From Leptolyngbyaceae cyanobacterium (GTDB lineage: Bacteria > Cyanobacteriota > Cyanobacteriia > Phormidesmidales > Phormidesmidaceae), in assembly GCA_050331235.1 (NCBI GenBank), contig JBHJHA010000026.1, positions 1 to 64,000 on the forward strand: 64,000 nucleotides of DNA, in the 5' to 3' direction. Position numbers and translations under genes: made by a program. Numbering within the stretch: the first letter of the stretch is position 1; the number at the start of each line of letters is the position of its first letter. Below the pieces are notes generated by a model. It saw nothing but the letters and a program-made list of their open reading frames with translations, was not told where the DNA came from and did no database searches. Shown here piece by piece: positions 1-10,249 of the stretch.

Positions 1-74
1 ACTCGATGGTGAAACAGGCCTGCGGCGAAGATACTCTGGGGGTCGCCCCACGGGAAATTAGCTCGGTGCCAGGT
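1..74 (+). rRNA. rrf: 5S rRNA, 3' part (gene begins before the window)
   Basis: ACTC...GTGAAACA...CTGCGGCGAAGATA...AAATTAGCTCGGTGCCAGGT matches the conserved 3' two-thirds of cyanobacterial 5S rRNA. Confidence 0.92.
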
Positions 75-76
75 CC

Positions 77-134
77 CTCTTAACTTCAAACCCCCAGCAC
101 TTTCTAGAAAGTGCTGGGGGTTTGAAGTTAAGAG
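77..134. terminator. Perfect palindrome, likely rrn terminator (possibly bidirectional)
   Basis: 29-bp arms CTCTTAACTTCAAACCCCCAGCACTTTCT / AGAAAGTGCTGGGGGTTTGAAGTTAAGAG; lies between the 5S rRNA and the convergent GT4 gene. Confidence 0.75.
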
Positions 135-166
135 CCTCTAAAAATAGCTTGCCTAAAATCGTAAAA

Positions 167-1282
167 TTATGGTTGGGTGTGGAATTGTTGCCACTGATTT
201 TCGAGGAGGCGTTGGAAGGCTTGTCGAAATATTTGTTTGGAAAATTGTTCGGCGTGATTGTGAATGACTGAGCTAGGGGCTAGAGAACCAGTATGCTCGA
301 AAGTCTCAACCGCCTGTATCAGAGCTTGTGCTGTTTGAGGGTTGAACAGTAAACCGGTTTTTCCGGGGACGACAATCTCGGCAGCGCCACCGCGACTGTA
401 GGCGATCGCAGGTGCTCCGGCGGCCTGTGCCTCTACGAGGGTAATGCCAAAGTCCTCTTCGGCGGGGAATATAAAAGCCTTGCAGCGTTCCATGTAATCT
501 ACAACTATTTCGTCCGGTTGGTAACCCAGAAACTGGATATTGGGTCGGGCGGTACGTTCTAGGCAGGAACGCAGTTCACCCTCGCCAATAATGATGAGAG
601 GTAATCCCAGCTGGTTGAATGCTTCGACGGTAATATCAATTCGTTTATAGGGAACGAAGCGAGATACGCTGAGGTAAAATTCATTACGTGGGCGATCGCT
701 GTGAAAGCGTTCAACGGTTACTGGTGGGTAAATGACTGTGGCTGGACGGCGATAGGTTTTCTCGATCCGCCGGGCAATAAATTTCGAGTTTGCGACAAAG
801 TGGTCAACTCGGTTGGCGGTGCTCACATCCCATAACCGTAAGTAGTGCAAAACTGCCTTAGTCAACTTTCCCTTGAGACCGCGTTGGAGGTTGGCATGTT
901 CTAAATATTGCCACTGTAGGTCCCAGGCATAACGGATGGGAGTGTGAACATAGCTGATGTGAAGCTGATCGGCTCGGGTGATGACACCTTTGGCAACGGC
1001 ATGGTGGCTAGAAATAACAATGTCGTACCCCGTCAAGTCAAACTGCTCAATTGCCAGCGGCATCAAAGGTAAATACTTACGAAAATGCTGTTTAGCTTTG
1101 GGAAGAGTTTGAATAAATGAGGTGGAGACGGATTTGTCTTGGATGAAAAAGCGCTTGTGGGAAGGTAAGAAATCGACCAGACTATAAAGGTCAGCATCGG
1201 GATAAAGATGTAAAAGCTGCTCGACAACTCGCTCTGATCCAGCATAGGTAGAAAGCCATTCATGGACGATCGCTATTTTCAT
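167..1282 (-). CDS. Glycosyltransferase family 4
   Basis: N-terminal KIAIVHEWL..YAGSERV; C-terminal EEDFGITLVEAQAAG (EX7E) motif. Confidence 0.93.
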   Translation of the reverse strand: MKIAIVHEWLSTYAGSERVVEQLLHLYPDADLYSLVDFLPSHKRFFIQDKSVSTSFIQTLPKAKQHFRKYLPLMPLAIEQFDLTGYDIVISSHHAVAKGVITRADQLHISYVHTPIRYAWDLQWQYLEHANLQRGLKGKLTKAVLHYLRLWDVSTANRVDHFVANSKFIARRIEKTYRRPATVIYPPVTVERFHSDRPRNEFYLSVSRFVPYKRIDITVEAFNQLGLPLIIIGEGELRSCLERTARPNIQFLGYQPDEIVVDYMERCKAFIFPAEEDFGITLVEAQAAGAPAIAYSRGGAAEIVVPGKTGLLFNPQTAQALIQAVETFEHTGSLAPSSVIHNHAEQFSKQIFRQAFQRLLENQWQQFHTQP

Positions 1283-1546
1283 ATCATTTACTATCAGCTG
1301 GGGCTAGAGAGAGTGGCTTCAGAGTAACATCCTGATTGGGAATGAACTTAACCGATAGGAAGTCAGACGAACAAGAAACATTTCCAGCAAGGTTGATCGA
1401 ATCTATGAATTGACGGCTGGCGGAAGCGCCATTAATAGATGGCAAAGAGATTCCGCCGACGTGATAAAGTTTGTTGCAAACGGTAATTTGCTGCGGTTGA
1501 TAGCAATTCTCATCTCCGCTCAGTTGGATATAGCGAGGCAGTCAGC

Positions 1547-2713
1547 GTGAGTCAAAATAAAGTTCCCATTCTTGATCTCAAGCCGCAATATCAAGTGATC
1601 AAAAATGAAATTAAGGCTGCTGTTGACCGCGTTTTGGAGTCGGGGCAATTTGTTTTAGGGCCAGAGGTCAACCAGTTTGAAACTGATGTGGCAAAGTATT
1701 TACGAGTTAGACATGCGATCGGGGTGAACTCCGGTACTGACGCTTTAGTTATTGGCTTGCGAGCTTTGGGGATTGGGACTGGTGATGAGGTGATCACGAC
1801 GCCGTTCAGTTTTTTTGCAACGGCTGAGTCCATCAGTATGGTGGGGGCAAAGCCCGTTTTTGTAGAAATTGATTCCGCATCTTTCAACATTGATCCGGCT
1901 GAAATTCGCCGATATGTGACGGACAAGACCAAGGCGATTTTGCCTGTACATTTGTTTGGTAATCCAGCCCCCATGGCACAGATTTTGGAAATTGCGGATG
2001 AACATGGGTTGCCGGTACTGGAGGATTGTGCGCAATCTTTTGGTGCGGTTTACAAGGGGGATTGTAGCGGTTGCAGTGATACCTGCCAAAAAGCGACGCG
2101 CGATCGCTTGAGCGGTCAGTTTACTGGGGCAATGGGGCGAGTAGGAGCGTTTTCCTTCTTTCCGACTAAAAATCTAGGAGCCTATGGCGATGGCGGTTTG
2201 ATTACGACTAATGATGATGCGATCGCCGAGATGGCTCGGAAGCTAAGGGTTCACGGTGCTCTGAAGCGGTACCACAACGAAGTTTTGGGTTATAACTCTC
2301 GGCTGGATGCTCTACAAGCGGCGATTTTGGGAGTCAAGCTGCCCTATCTTGATCGATGGAATCAGCGACGACGTGAAGTCGCCGAAACCTACAATCGTTT
2401 GCTAGCTGAGGTGGCGGGTGTCGTGACTCCGGTAATCACTGCAGGGCATGTGTTCCATCAATATACAGTGCGAGTTTTGAACGATAAGCGGGATGCTGTG
2501 AAAGCATATCTGGCAGAGCAAGGGATCGGTGCAATGATCTACTACCCGATTCCTCAAGACTGTTTGCCGGTGTATAAAGGACAATTTCCAACTTATCCAG
2601 TGAGTCAGCAAGTTGCGGCTGAGGTGCTCAGCTTGCCAATTTGGCCTGAGATTGAGCCAAACGTTCAAGCACACGTGGTGGCGATACTGAAGGAGGCGAT
2701 CGCTGCGGTATAG
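1547..2713 (+). CDS. DegT/DnrJ/EryC1/StrS PLP-dependent sugar aminotransferase
   Basis: NSGTDAL, EDCAQSFGA, FSFFPTKNLGAYGDGG, GYNSRLDALQAA motifs. Confidence 0.95.
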   Translation: MSQNKVPILDLKPQYQVIKNEIKAAVDRVLESGQFVLGPEVNQFETDVAKYLRVRHAIGVNSGTDALVIGLRALGIGTGDEVITTPFSFFATAESISMVGAKPVFVEIDSASFNIDPAEIRRYVTDKTKAILPVHLFGNPAPMAQILEIADEHGLPVLEDCAQSFGAVYKGDCSGCSDTCQKATRDRLSGQFTGAMGRVGAFSFFPTKNLGAYGDGGLITTNDDAIAEMARKLRVHGALKRYHNEVLGYNSRLDALQAAILGVKLPYLDRWNQRRREVAETYNRLLAEVAGVVTPVITAGHVFHQYTVRVLNDKRDAVKAYLAEQGIGAMIYYPIPQDCLPVYKGQFPTYPVSQQVAAEVLSLPIWPEIEPNVQAHVVAILKEAIAAV

Positions 2714-3095
2714 CAAGCTCTACTTTGGAGTTGAGATCATGAACTTGGAAGGAATAGCTGAATTTTGGCAAGGCTTTGTGATCCCGGCTGGATCGAGCTT
2801 TTAGGATTGAGCTCATCGCCAATTTGTTTGATCGTAAACCGATTGACTACAGCATTGGTACTTTGCTGTTTGCCGCTGGGGGTGCTCTTTTCCAGCAAAA
2901 TTTTGGCTTGGGGAGTGGCTGTGGCAATTCCTCTAGACTGTCATCGTAGTGCTCTGTGAATTGGAGGCAGGCAAGGTACCTTTGGTGATTTGGGCGTATT
3001 CAACCGACGCTGGAAAAATTTATGCTGGCGGCAATCCTCGCGGTGACATGACTGACCTCAGGGCTGCTACTGTCGATGATCCGATACAGCTTTCG

Positions 3096-4493
3096 TTAAT
3101 AGCTCTCTGATGATGGGGGCTGATGAGCATGCACGAGATGTCGAAAGCGCCAAATATAGGCGATCGCAGCGATCGCTAAGCCGATGTATGCACCAATCCA
3201 GATGCCGACTCCGCCCCAAGATGTATGAAAACCCAACCAATATCCAGTCGCTAAGCCGACCCCCCAATAAGCCACTAAACTCAATAACATTGGGATGCGG
3301 GTGTCTTGCAGACCTTGGAGAATGCCGTTGGCTGTGCGCTGGACACCGTCAACGATTTGTCCGAACCCCGCCACGGTCAGCATGGCAATTGCCGTTTTGA
3401 GAACGGCTTGGTTTCCCGGTTGCTCAACGTCGAGATAAAGGCGAATGAGAGGCGTCGGAAAGATAACAAAGATAACCCCCGCGATGGACATGACCAGGAT
3501 GGTGAGACTTACGCTGACCATGGCGGCCCGTTTGACCCCAGCCCAGTCGCGTTGACCATACCACTGACCAACGCGGGCGGTAGCAGCAAAGGCCATGCCT
3601 AATGGCACCATAAAGACGATAATTACCGTTTGTAGGGCTAGCTGCTGGGCCGCCAAAACATGGGTGCCGAGTGCCCCCACCATTAGCGTCATAACTGTAA
3701 ATAGGCCATTCTCTAGGATATTGACGATCCCGATGGGGACTCCTAGCCACAACAACTGCTTGATGGTGGGCAAATGCCATCGCCACCAATGGTGCAATAG
3801 TCGATACGGCCGAAAAAAACAATGTCGATGGTAGACAATGTAGGCGATAAGGCTCAGGCACATGATGAGGTGAGAGAGAGCACTGGCGATCGCCAAGCCG
3901 CGTAGCTCCATAGCTGGAAAGCCCCATTTACCAAAGGCCAAGGCGTAGTTAGCCATGATATTGAATAGGTTAGCGCCGACCATAATGTAAAGGATGGGCC
4001 GAGTGTGAGCCAGTGCCGTGGCTGTGCAGCGCAGCACCGCAAACCACAGCGCCGGTAACAAACTCCAGCAAATAATCTTGAGATACTGACTGGATAGATC
4101 GACGACAACCGGGGCCTGTCCAAATGCCTGCATCAGCGGGGTCAGATTTCCCAGGCTGGGTGCAACCAAAATGCTGATGACGAAGGCCAGCCATAGACCC
4201 TGACGGGTGATGAAGCCAATTTGGCGCGACTGACCAGCCCCGTAGGCGGCTGCCGCTAACGGACTGACGCTAGAAACCGTGCCAATGCCAGTCATTAAAG
4301 CAGCCATAAATACCATGACGGCTAAACCGCCGGCAGCCAGCGCATCTTGACCAAGGCGACCCATCATCAATGTGTCAACAAAACCAGTCAATGCCTGGGC
4401 AACTTGGGCCCCAGCAAGAGGTAAAGCTAAGCGTAGAAATTCACGAACCTCACTGCGGACAGCGGGTGTGATGGTGAGCATTTTCATACCCAC
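3096..4493 (-). CDS. MATE family efflux transporter (NorM-like)
   Basis: LALPL..AQ..GFVDTLMMGRLG; about 12 hydrophobic segments; DGVQ...GILQGLQDTRIPM. Confidence 0.93.
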   Translation of the reverse strand: MGMKMLTITPAVRSEVREFLRLALPLAGAQVAQALTGFVDTLMMGRLGQDALAAGGLAVMVFMAALMTGIGTVSSVSPLAAAAYGAGQSRQIGFITRQGLWLAFVISILVAPSLGNLTPLMQAFGQAPVVVDLSSQYLKIICWSLLPALWFAVLRCTATALAHTRPILYIMVGANLFNIMANYALAFGKWGFPAMELRGLAIASALSHLIMCLSLIAYIVYHRHCFFRPYRLLHHWWRWHLPTIKQLLWLGVPIGIVNILENGLFTVMTLMVGALGTHVLAAQQLALQTVIIVFMVPLGMAFAATARVGQWYGQRDWAGVKRAAMVSVSLTILVMSIAGVIFVIFPTPLIRLYLDVEQPGNQAVLKTAIAMLTVAGFGQIVDGVQRTANGILQGLQDTRIPMLLSLVAYWGVGLATGYWLGFHTSWGGVGIWIGAYIGLAIAAIAYIWRFRHLVHAHQPPSSESY

Positions 4494-4758
4494 ACCTTAT
4501 CTCGAGTACTGAACTCCTGCTCTGGATTAAGGAGGGTGAGGACGACCTGAGGGGACAAAGCGGTTTGGTTTAAAAAGCAGATATTAAGAGCTGGAGATGA
4601 CCTTGCTCTTACGGATGTTTTCGGGAGTTATAAAGGTGGAGGGCAATGCATCCGGTAATATCAGAATCAGTTCGACTGCCTTTTATGTGCCCCGACGAGC
4701 TGCTGATTCGTGATGACTGAGCTATCCATGGGGCATCTAGCAGGAATCCATCTACCCT

Positions 4759-6717
4759 ATGTCTTCGACTCAGAATCTGCTTGGGGGACGTTACCAGTTT
4801 ATTCAAGCGCTTAATTCTCATCCATCTGGTCAGACGTTCTTGGCTGCGGATATCCACTATCCTGGTCATCCAAAATGTGTGGTGAGAGAGGTTCACCTGC
4901 CGACGCGCAATCCGATGACGCGGCAGTTTATCCTGACGCTGCTGAAAAAAAAGGTGGCGGTGCTTGAGGAGATTGGTCGCCATTCTCAGATTCCCAATAC
5001 CTTTGCGGCTTTTGATGTGGAGCAAAGTTTCTACATTGTGCAGGAGTATATCCCAGGGCGATCGCTGCGGGAAGAGCTCATTGCCGGCAATCCTTGGCCT
5101 GCGCGAATGACCGTCCGATTTTTGCAAGAAGTTTTGCCAGTGCTCAACTTTGCTCAAAGCCACGGCGTGGTGCATGGCAACCTCAAGCCGTCAAAACTGA
5201 TTCGTCATCAAAATGATAAGCAATTAGTGCTGCTTGATTTCGGCTCGATCAAAAACCTCAGTCAAAATTTTGCCGGCAAAGGGAAGTTGAACGGTCGGCA
5301 AGCCCTGGCATCCGCGGCTGAGATTCGACAAATTTATCTGGCTCCTGAGCAAGCTCGCAACCAAACGTCATTTTGCAGCGACCACTATGCAGTGGGGATG
5401 ATGCTTATTCAAGCGGTGACAGGGCTGCCATCACGGAAGCTACCGGCTGCAGAAGAGCCGGGTCGTCAAGAAAGGCTGGCTGAGCAACTGCAGGCAGCTC
5501 CTGACTGTCCATCTGGGTTGATGGGGGTGCTGCTGAAGATGGTACATACTGACCCCGGACAGCGATATCAAAAAGCTGCCGATGTCTTGAATGATGTCGA
5601 GCGCTTGCAATCCAACCCTACTGTGGCGGTTGTTGACGAGCCTACTTTAGCCTCGCTAGAGGCAGATGAGATAGAAGAGATGCGGCCAAGATGTCGTTGG
5701 CCTTGGGGCTGGATAGGTGGTCTGGGGCTGGCTAGTTTGGTCGCGGTGACGGCTCTGATCGCCCTAAAGCTACCGCAGCGGGTGATGGCGGGTCGCCATT
5801 TGGCAGCGGCTGAGTCGCTGCAAGTGGAAAATCCAGAGGCTGCCATTGAACGCTACAGTGAAGCCTTGGCTGTGTTGCCATACCAAGCTGAGGCGCTGGC
5901 TGAACGGAGCCGTCTGTACTTCAACCAGGGGAATACAGAAGCTGCTTTGGCCGATATCTCTGAAGCAATTGCTCAAGCGCCTAAGGTTCCGACCTATGCC
6001 TATGAGCGGGCAAATCTACGGTTTGCGGTAGGGGATGTGCAGGGGGCGATCGATGACTACACCCAAGCACTAGGTTTGGATGCAGCATTTACCAAAGCCT
6101 ATATCAATCGGGGCAGTGCCCGAGCCGATTGGGGTGATGATCGGGGGGCGGTCGATGATTACACTGAGGCGATCGCACAGGCAGAGACAACTGAGATAGA
6201 GGCGGCAGCCTACCTCAATCGTTGTTTATCCTATTCAAATCTGGGGGAGCAAGAGCTCGCGTTAGCTGACTGTACGGCGGCCATCAATTTACGACCGAGT
6301 CATGCCTTGGCTTATCAAAATCGCGGTTTAGTACGGCGACGGCTAGGTGACTTTCAAGGTTCTTTGCAGGACTATAACATCGCTATTCAGATCGACCCCA
6401 ACAGTCCGGATCCCTATTACAACCGGGGGCTGACACGGGAGGTGTTGAATGATCTGACCGGGGCGATGGATGATTTTAGCCGGGCGATCGCTATTGACCC
6501 CGAGTTCGTTTTTGCAATATATGACCGCGGTCTGCTGAATGCGGAACTCAACAACACCGCAGCGGCGATCGCTGATTTGCAAGCCGCCGCTCAGATTTGT
6601 CTCGATTTGGACCGCACGGGCTGTTACGAAGATGCGCAATATCAGATTGCGCGGCTACAGGGTGAGCCTGTGACGTCCGATCCTCCTTCTGCGGCAGAAC
6701 CAAATTTGGGCCCTTAG
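4759..6717 (+). CDS. Ser/Thr kinase-like (probable pseudokinase) - TM - TPR repeat protein
   Basis: LLGGRYQFIQAL, DFG and YLAPEQ kinase fold; TM near aa 320-340; multiple AYxNRG TPR repeats. Confidence 0.9.
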   Translation: MSSTQNLLGGRYQFIQALNSHPSGQTFLAADIHYPGHPKCVVREVHLPTRNPMTRQFILTLLKKKVAVLEEIGRHSQIPNTFAAFDVEQSFYIVQEYIPGRSLREELIAGNPWPARMTVRFLQEVLPVLNFAQSHGVVHGNLKPSKLIRHQNDKQLVLLDFGSIKNLSQNFAGKGKLNGRQALASAAEIRQIYLAPEQARNQTSFCSDHYAVGMMLIQAVTGLPSRKLPAAEEPGRQERLAEQLQAAPDCPSGLMGVLLKMVHTDPGQRYQKAADVLNDVERLQSNPTVAVVDEPTLASLEADEIEEMRPRCRWPWGWIGGLGLASLVAVTALIALKLPQRVMAGRHLAAAESLQVENPEAAIERYSEALAVLPYQAEALAERSRLYFNQGNTEAALADISEAIAQAPKVPTYAYERANLRFAVGDVQGAIDDYTQALGLDAAFTKAYINRGSARADWGDDRGAVDDYTEAIAQAETTEIEAAAYLNRCLSYSNLGEQELALADCTAAINLRPSHALAYQNRGLVRRRLGDFQGSLQDYNIAIQIDPNSPDPYYNRGLTREVLNDLTGAMDDFSRAIAIDPEFVFAIYDRGLLNAELNNTAAAIADLQAAAQICLDLDRTGCYEDAQYQIARLQGEPVTSDPPSAAEPNLGP

Positions 6718-6780
6718 GAGCTGCGGCCGTTCCTGAAGTCGATAAAATAGGAGAGCTGTTTTTTGCCTTTGAGTTGTTTG

Positions 6781-7386
6781 ATGATAGCGGTTTCTCCGGC
6801 CCAGTCTCGAATTCAGTTTTTGAAAACGCCTACTGCAGAAGCCTGGGTAAAGCAGGCGATCGCCCATCTGGATACGGTGCTGCTGGATCATTCCCACTGC
6901 GAGCGCAAGGCCGCAGGCGTGGCGCTAAACCTTATGTGTCGCTATCCCTCAAGCGAAAAGTTAGTGCGTGCCTTGACGGCGATCGCCCAAGAAGAGCTCG
7001 GGCATTTTGAACTTGTTAACCAATGGCTAGAACGTCGTCAAGTGCCTTTACGGCCTTTGCCAGCACCTCCCTACGGAGCAGGACTAAGCCAACAAGTACG
7101 CCGCGAAGAGCCTTTACGGATGCTGGACTCGCTATTAGTGGCAGCCCTAATCGAAGCCCGCAGCCATGAGCGTTTGGGATTACTAGCGGCCCACTGCCCG
7201 GAGCCAAAACTAGCAGAGTTTTACCGCAGTTTGATGGCCTCTGAAGCGCGACACTACGGGGCCTATTGGCTGTTGGCGACCACTTACTTTGATCGAGATA
7301 CTGTCAACACCCGGTTAGAAGAACTATCAGCTGTGGAAAGCGAACTGCTAGCAACCTTACATCCAGAACCCCGCATTCATAGCTGA
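6781..7386 (+). CDS. miaE: tRNA-(ms2io6A)-hydroxylase MiaE
   Basis: LLDHSHCERKAAG, EELGHF, LIEARSHER, SEARHY di-iron motifs; ATG at 6781 preferred over the upstream TTG. Confidence 0.9.
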   Translation: MIAVSPAQSRIQFLKTPTAEAWVKQAIAHLDTVLLDHSHCERKAAGVALNLMCRYPSSEKLVRALTAIAQEELGHFELVNQWLERRQVPLRPLPAPPYGAGLSQQVRREEPLRMLDSLLVAALIEARSHERLGLLAAHCPEPKLAEFYRSLMASEARHYGAYWLLATTYFDRDTVNTRLEELSAVESELLATLHPEPRIHS

Positions 7387-7835
7387 GACCAATGTAATTA
7401 CTCAGCGCTGACCCAGTTTGGCAGGGCGTTACAACGGTTATTCACTGATGTCTACATCTGACGGCTAGCCGCTCTAGAGCTAAGCTTCGAGTGCTGACGA
7501 AGCTGGCTTTAGGCGCGACATGACCGAAGGCGATTCAGGATTGCAGGGTCTACGTGGGGGAGAACGGTCACTGGCAGAAGCCAAAATCCTAATTTCTGGT
7601 TAATTCTACATTGACCTCTCGGCGCAGGCCTTCAACGTCTTCACGTTCCTCAGGCTCAGGGCCGCCCGTTTACTCCGGGGTAGGGGAGTCCGGAGAGCCT
7701 TTTGACACGCGTCAGTGCTGGGATTTTGGGAGATTCCTTTGGGACTTTTATCGCAGTCATCCTTGGCGCAGGGACTTACCTTGGCGGTTATCATGCCGTT
7801 ACTGCAAACGTGAGAGGCAATCATAAGGGGGACTG

Positions 7836-8111
7836 ATGGGGCGCGCTGCACTGATATTTTTGCTGCTGTTGCCTGGGGTAGTCGGCATGGTGGTGTTCGG
7901 CTTTTTTGCCCTGGTTGATTGGGCTGCCTTAGATCAGGCTTATCTCGCCTACGACCAAGCTGTGCAACAGGCTGCCGAGTTCGACATGCTCTATATTCGA
8001 GCAACAAATCAAAACGTACATCGAGTCAATGTGTTCGCTGAGGGGGTGTGGTTTTTGTTGAGTGCGGTTATCGCCGCGATCGCCGTTCATGGCCTCGCCG
8101 TCAAACGCTAA
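7836..8111 (+). CDS. Small two-TM hypothetical membrane protein
   Basis: RBS-like AGGGGG before ATG; two hydrophobic segments flanking HRVNVFAEGVW. Confidence 0.7.
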   Translation: MGRAALIFLLLLPGVVGMVVFGFFALVDWAALDQAYLAYDQAVQQAAEFDMLYIRATNQNVHRVNVFAEGVWFLLSAVIAAIAVHGLAVKR

Positions 8112-8272
8112 ACCGCTAGGCTATGTAGGTTGTGAGCTTTGGAGCCCGTCTCTGGAGCTAGGGTGGAAGGCAAAGCGTGGTTTGACCATTGGCACATTGC
8201 CATCCGATCTAGCGATGTGGAGTTGGAAAACAGTCTGGGGATGAAGTCGTCATCGATGTAAGGGTTGGATAA

Positions 8273-8472
8273 ATAAACCTGAGTTCGGCCTCAGGGTTTT
8301 GGGGTCCCTAGTGGCTCTATTCCCTCCTGGCAAGGGTGCTCAGCGGGCGGAGTGGGGTGGGACAACTCGAGTCAACGAACACCTCCCCCTTAGTCAGTCA
8401 TCAAGGCAGCGAATTTCCCCGCCTCTATGACTGACTGGCTTTGAGATTGGCTTAACCCGAGCTGACGATAAA
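8273..8472. repeat. Possible degenerate MITE/REP-like intergenic element
   Basis: Imperfect inverted ends (AACCTGAGTTCGG ... TTAACCCGAGCTGACG); internal hairpin AGTCAGTCAT 8392-8401 / ATGACTGACT 8427-8436; G-run segment. Confidence 0.35.
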
Positions 8473-9135
8473 TTAGAGTTTGGAAACAGCGGGGCAGTTG
8501 GCGAGATACCATCGCCAGGGAATATCGGCTCCTTGGGTTAGACCAATACGGGTCGTTTGGACCAGCTGATGGCCCCCCTTGGCGATCGCCGTATGGAAGT
8601 CAGCAGAGCGGGGTTCAAGCCCTAGCGTTTGCCCTGCTACAAACGAAGCAGCATTGAGCGTTCGATCAATACGTAGAGCGCGACAGAGCTTCCCGGGACC
8701 AGCGGCCACACGATGGGGCTGCTGGCGTTGTTTCTCCTCAAGCCAGGGCGGCAGCTGATCAAGTTCAAGGGCGCGAATCAAAACGGCGCTGGGTACATTC
8801 TCGGCATCGGTGACGACATTGATGCAGTGATACATGCCGTAAATCAGATAGACGTAGCTATGACCAGCTGGACCAAACATCACTGCGTTGCGGGGGGTGC
8901 GGCGGCGATAGGCATGGCAGGCTGGATCACCGGGACCATAGGCTTCGGTCTCGACGATGAGGCCGCGATAGGTGTCGCCGTTGGCAAACTGTCGCACCAA
9001 GGTACAGCCAATGAGATCGGGGGCGACCTCGGGTGAGGGGCGACTCAGCCATTTTTCAGTGAGGGGGGCAGGGCGGACAGTCATGCCTGTAAGGGTGGTG
9101 GGCAACAATGAATTGGACAATCGCTGTTTCATCAT
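8473..9135 (-). CDS. DNA-3-methyladenine glycosylase (MPG/AAG family)
   Basis: [35 protein letters not shown] motifs; true start may be 9084. Confidence 0.93.
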   Translation of the reverse strand: MMKQRLSNSLLPTTLTGMTVRPAPLTEKWLSRPSPEVAPDLIGCTLVRQFANGDTYRGLIVETEAYGPGDPACHAYRRRTPRNAVMFGPAGHSYVYLIYGMYHCINVVTDAENVPSAVLIRALELDQLPPWLEEKQRQQPHRVAAGPGKLCRALRIDRTLNAASFVAGQTLGLEPRSADFHTAIAKGGHQLVQTTRIGLTQGADIPWRWYLANCPAVSKL

Positions 9136-9388
9136 GACTCAGGCTCAGAGATTTTGCTGACCGCAGAAGGCATAACTGATAGCGGTTAGGTCAGATGGGA
9201 TGAGGGGACGAGTCGGGCATCAGGTTTCTAAAGCTGTTTGGACAATCTTGCCTGCTGGGAGAAATTCGGTTGAAATGTCGGTGCGGGGATATTTGACGCG
9301 ATCGCCCCTGAAATGCTGCACTAGACCACAGCCCTGCTCCTCGAAAATATGTTTGCAGTCCCTTTAGTTGCCGAATAGAAGTCGCCCC

Positions 9389-10249
9389 ATGTGGAATACC
9401 ATCGCCGAAAACATCACTCGCGCTACTGGTCAGCCGTTTGCCATTCAGGATCGGCAGAGTGTTGGTGGGGGCAGCATCAATCAGGCCTATCGCATTACGG
9501 ATGGCGATCGCGACTACTTTCTCAAGCTCAACCAGGCGTCCCAATATGCCATGTTTGAGGCGGAGGCCCTGGGCCTGCGAGAGATAGCCCATACGCAGAC
9601 GATTCGGGTGCCGCGCCCCATCTGCTGGGGGACGGCAGACCGCTCGTGCTATATCGTGATGGAATATCTGCCCCTGGGCAACAGCAGTCGCGACTCGTGG
9701 TATCAGATGGGGCAAGATCTGGCGGCTATGCATCGGGTGATCAGCGATCGCGGCTTTGGCTGGCAGCGCGACAATACCATTGGCGACACCCCTCAAAAGA
9801 ATCCTTGGATGGCAGACTGGGTCGAATTCTATGTGGAGCACCGCCTGAGGTACCAGTTTCAGCTTGCTAATCGCCGGGGCCGCTTGCAGCGGCAGGAAGA
9901 GCTGATGGCGGCGGTGCCATCGCTACTAGCTGGACATACGCCGGAACCATCTCTGGTGCATGGCGATCTGTGGTCCGGCAATGCGGCGGTCACCGTGGAT
10001 GGTACGCCAGTGATTTTAGACCCGGCGACTTACTACGGCGATCGCGAGGTCGACATTGCAATGTCAGAACTATTTGGCCGCTTTCCGCAGTCGTTTTATC
10101 AGGGCTACCATACGACCTATCCTCTAGAGCCAGGGTATGAGAAGCGCAAAACCTTGTACAACCTTTATCACATCATTAACCACTTCAACCTATTTGGTGG
10201 CGGCTATGCATCCCAGGCGCAGAGCATGATTGATCGCTTACTGCGGTAA
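9389..10249 (+). CDS. Fructosamine kinase family protein
   Basis: VGGGSIN, FEAEALGL, LVHGDLWSGN, DPATYYGDREVDIAM. Confidence 0.93.
   Translation: MWNTIAENITRATGQPFAIQDRQSVGGGSINQAYRITDGDRDYFLKLNQASQYAMFEAEALGLREIAHTQTIRVPRPICWGTADRSCYIVMEYLPLGNSSRDSWYQMGQDLAAMHRVISDRGFGWQRDNTIGDTPQKNPWMADWVEFYVEHRLRYQFQLANRRGRLQRQEELMAAVPSLLAGHTPEPSLVHGDLWSGNAAVTVDGTPVILDPATYYGDREVDIAMSELFGRFPQSFYQGYHTTYPLEPGYEKRKTLYNLYHIINHFNLFGGGYASQAQSMIDRLLR

Noticed and set aside
2714..3095. Short ORFs between DegT and MATE
   Set aside because: Weak or absent starts and no recognisable homology
9191..9841. 216-aa antisense ORF (similarly 4609-5175, 22924-23517, 29105-29617)
   Set aside because: Antisense shadows of motif-rich genes with no recognisable domains
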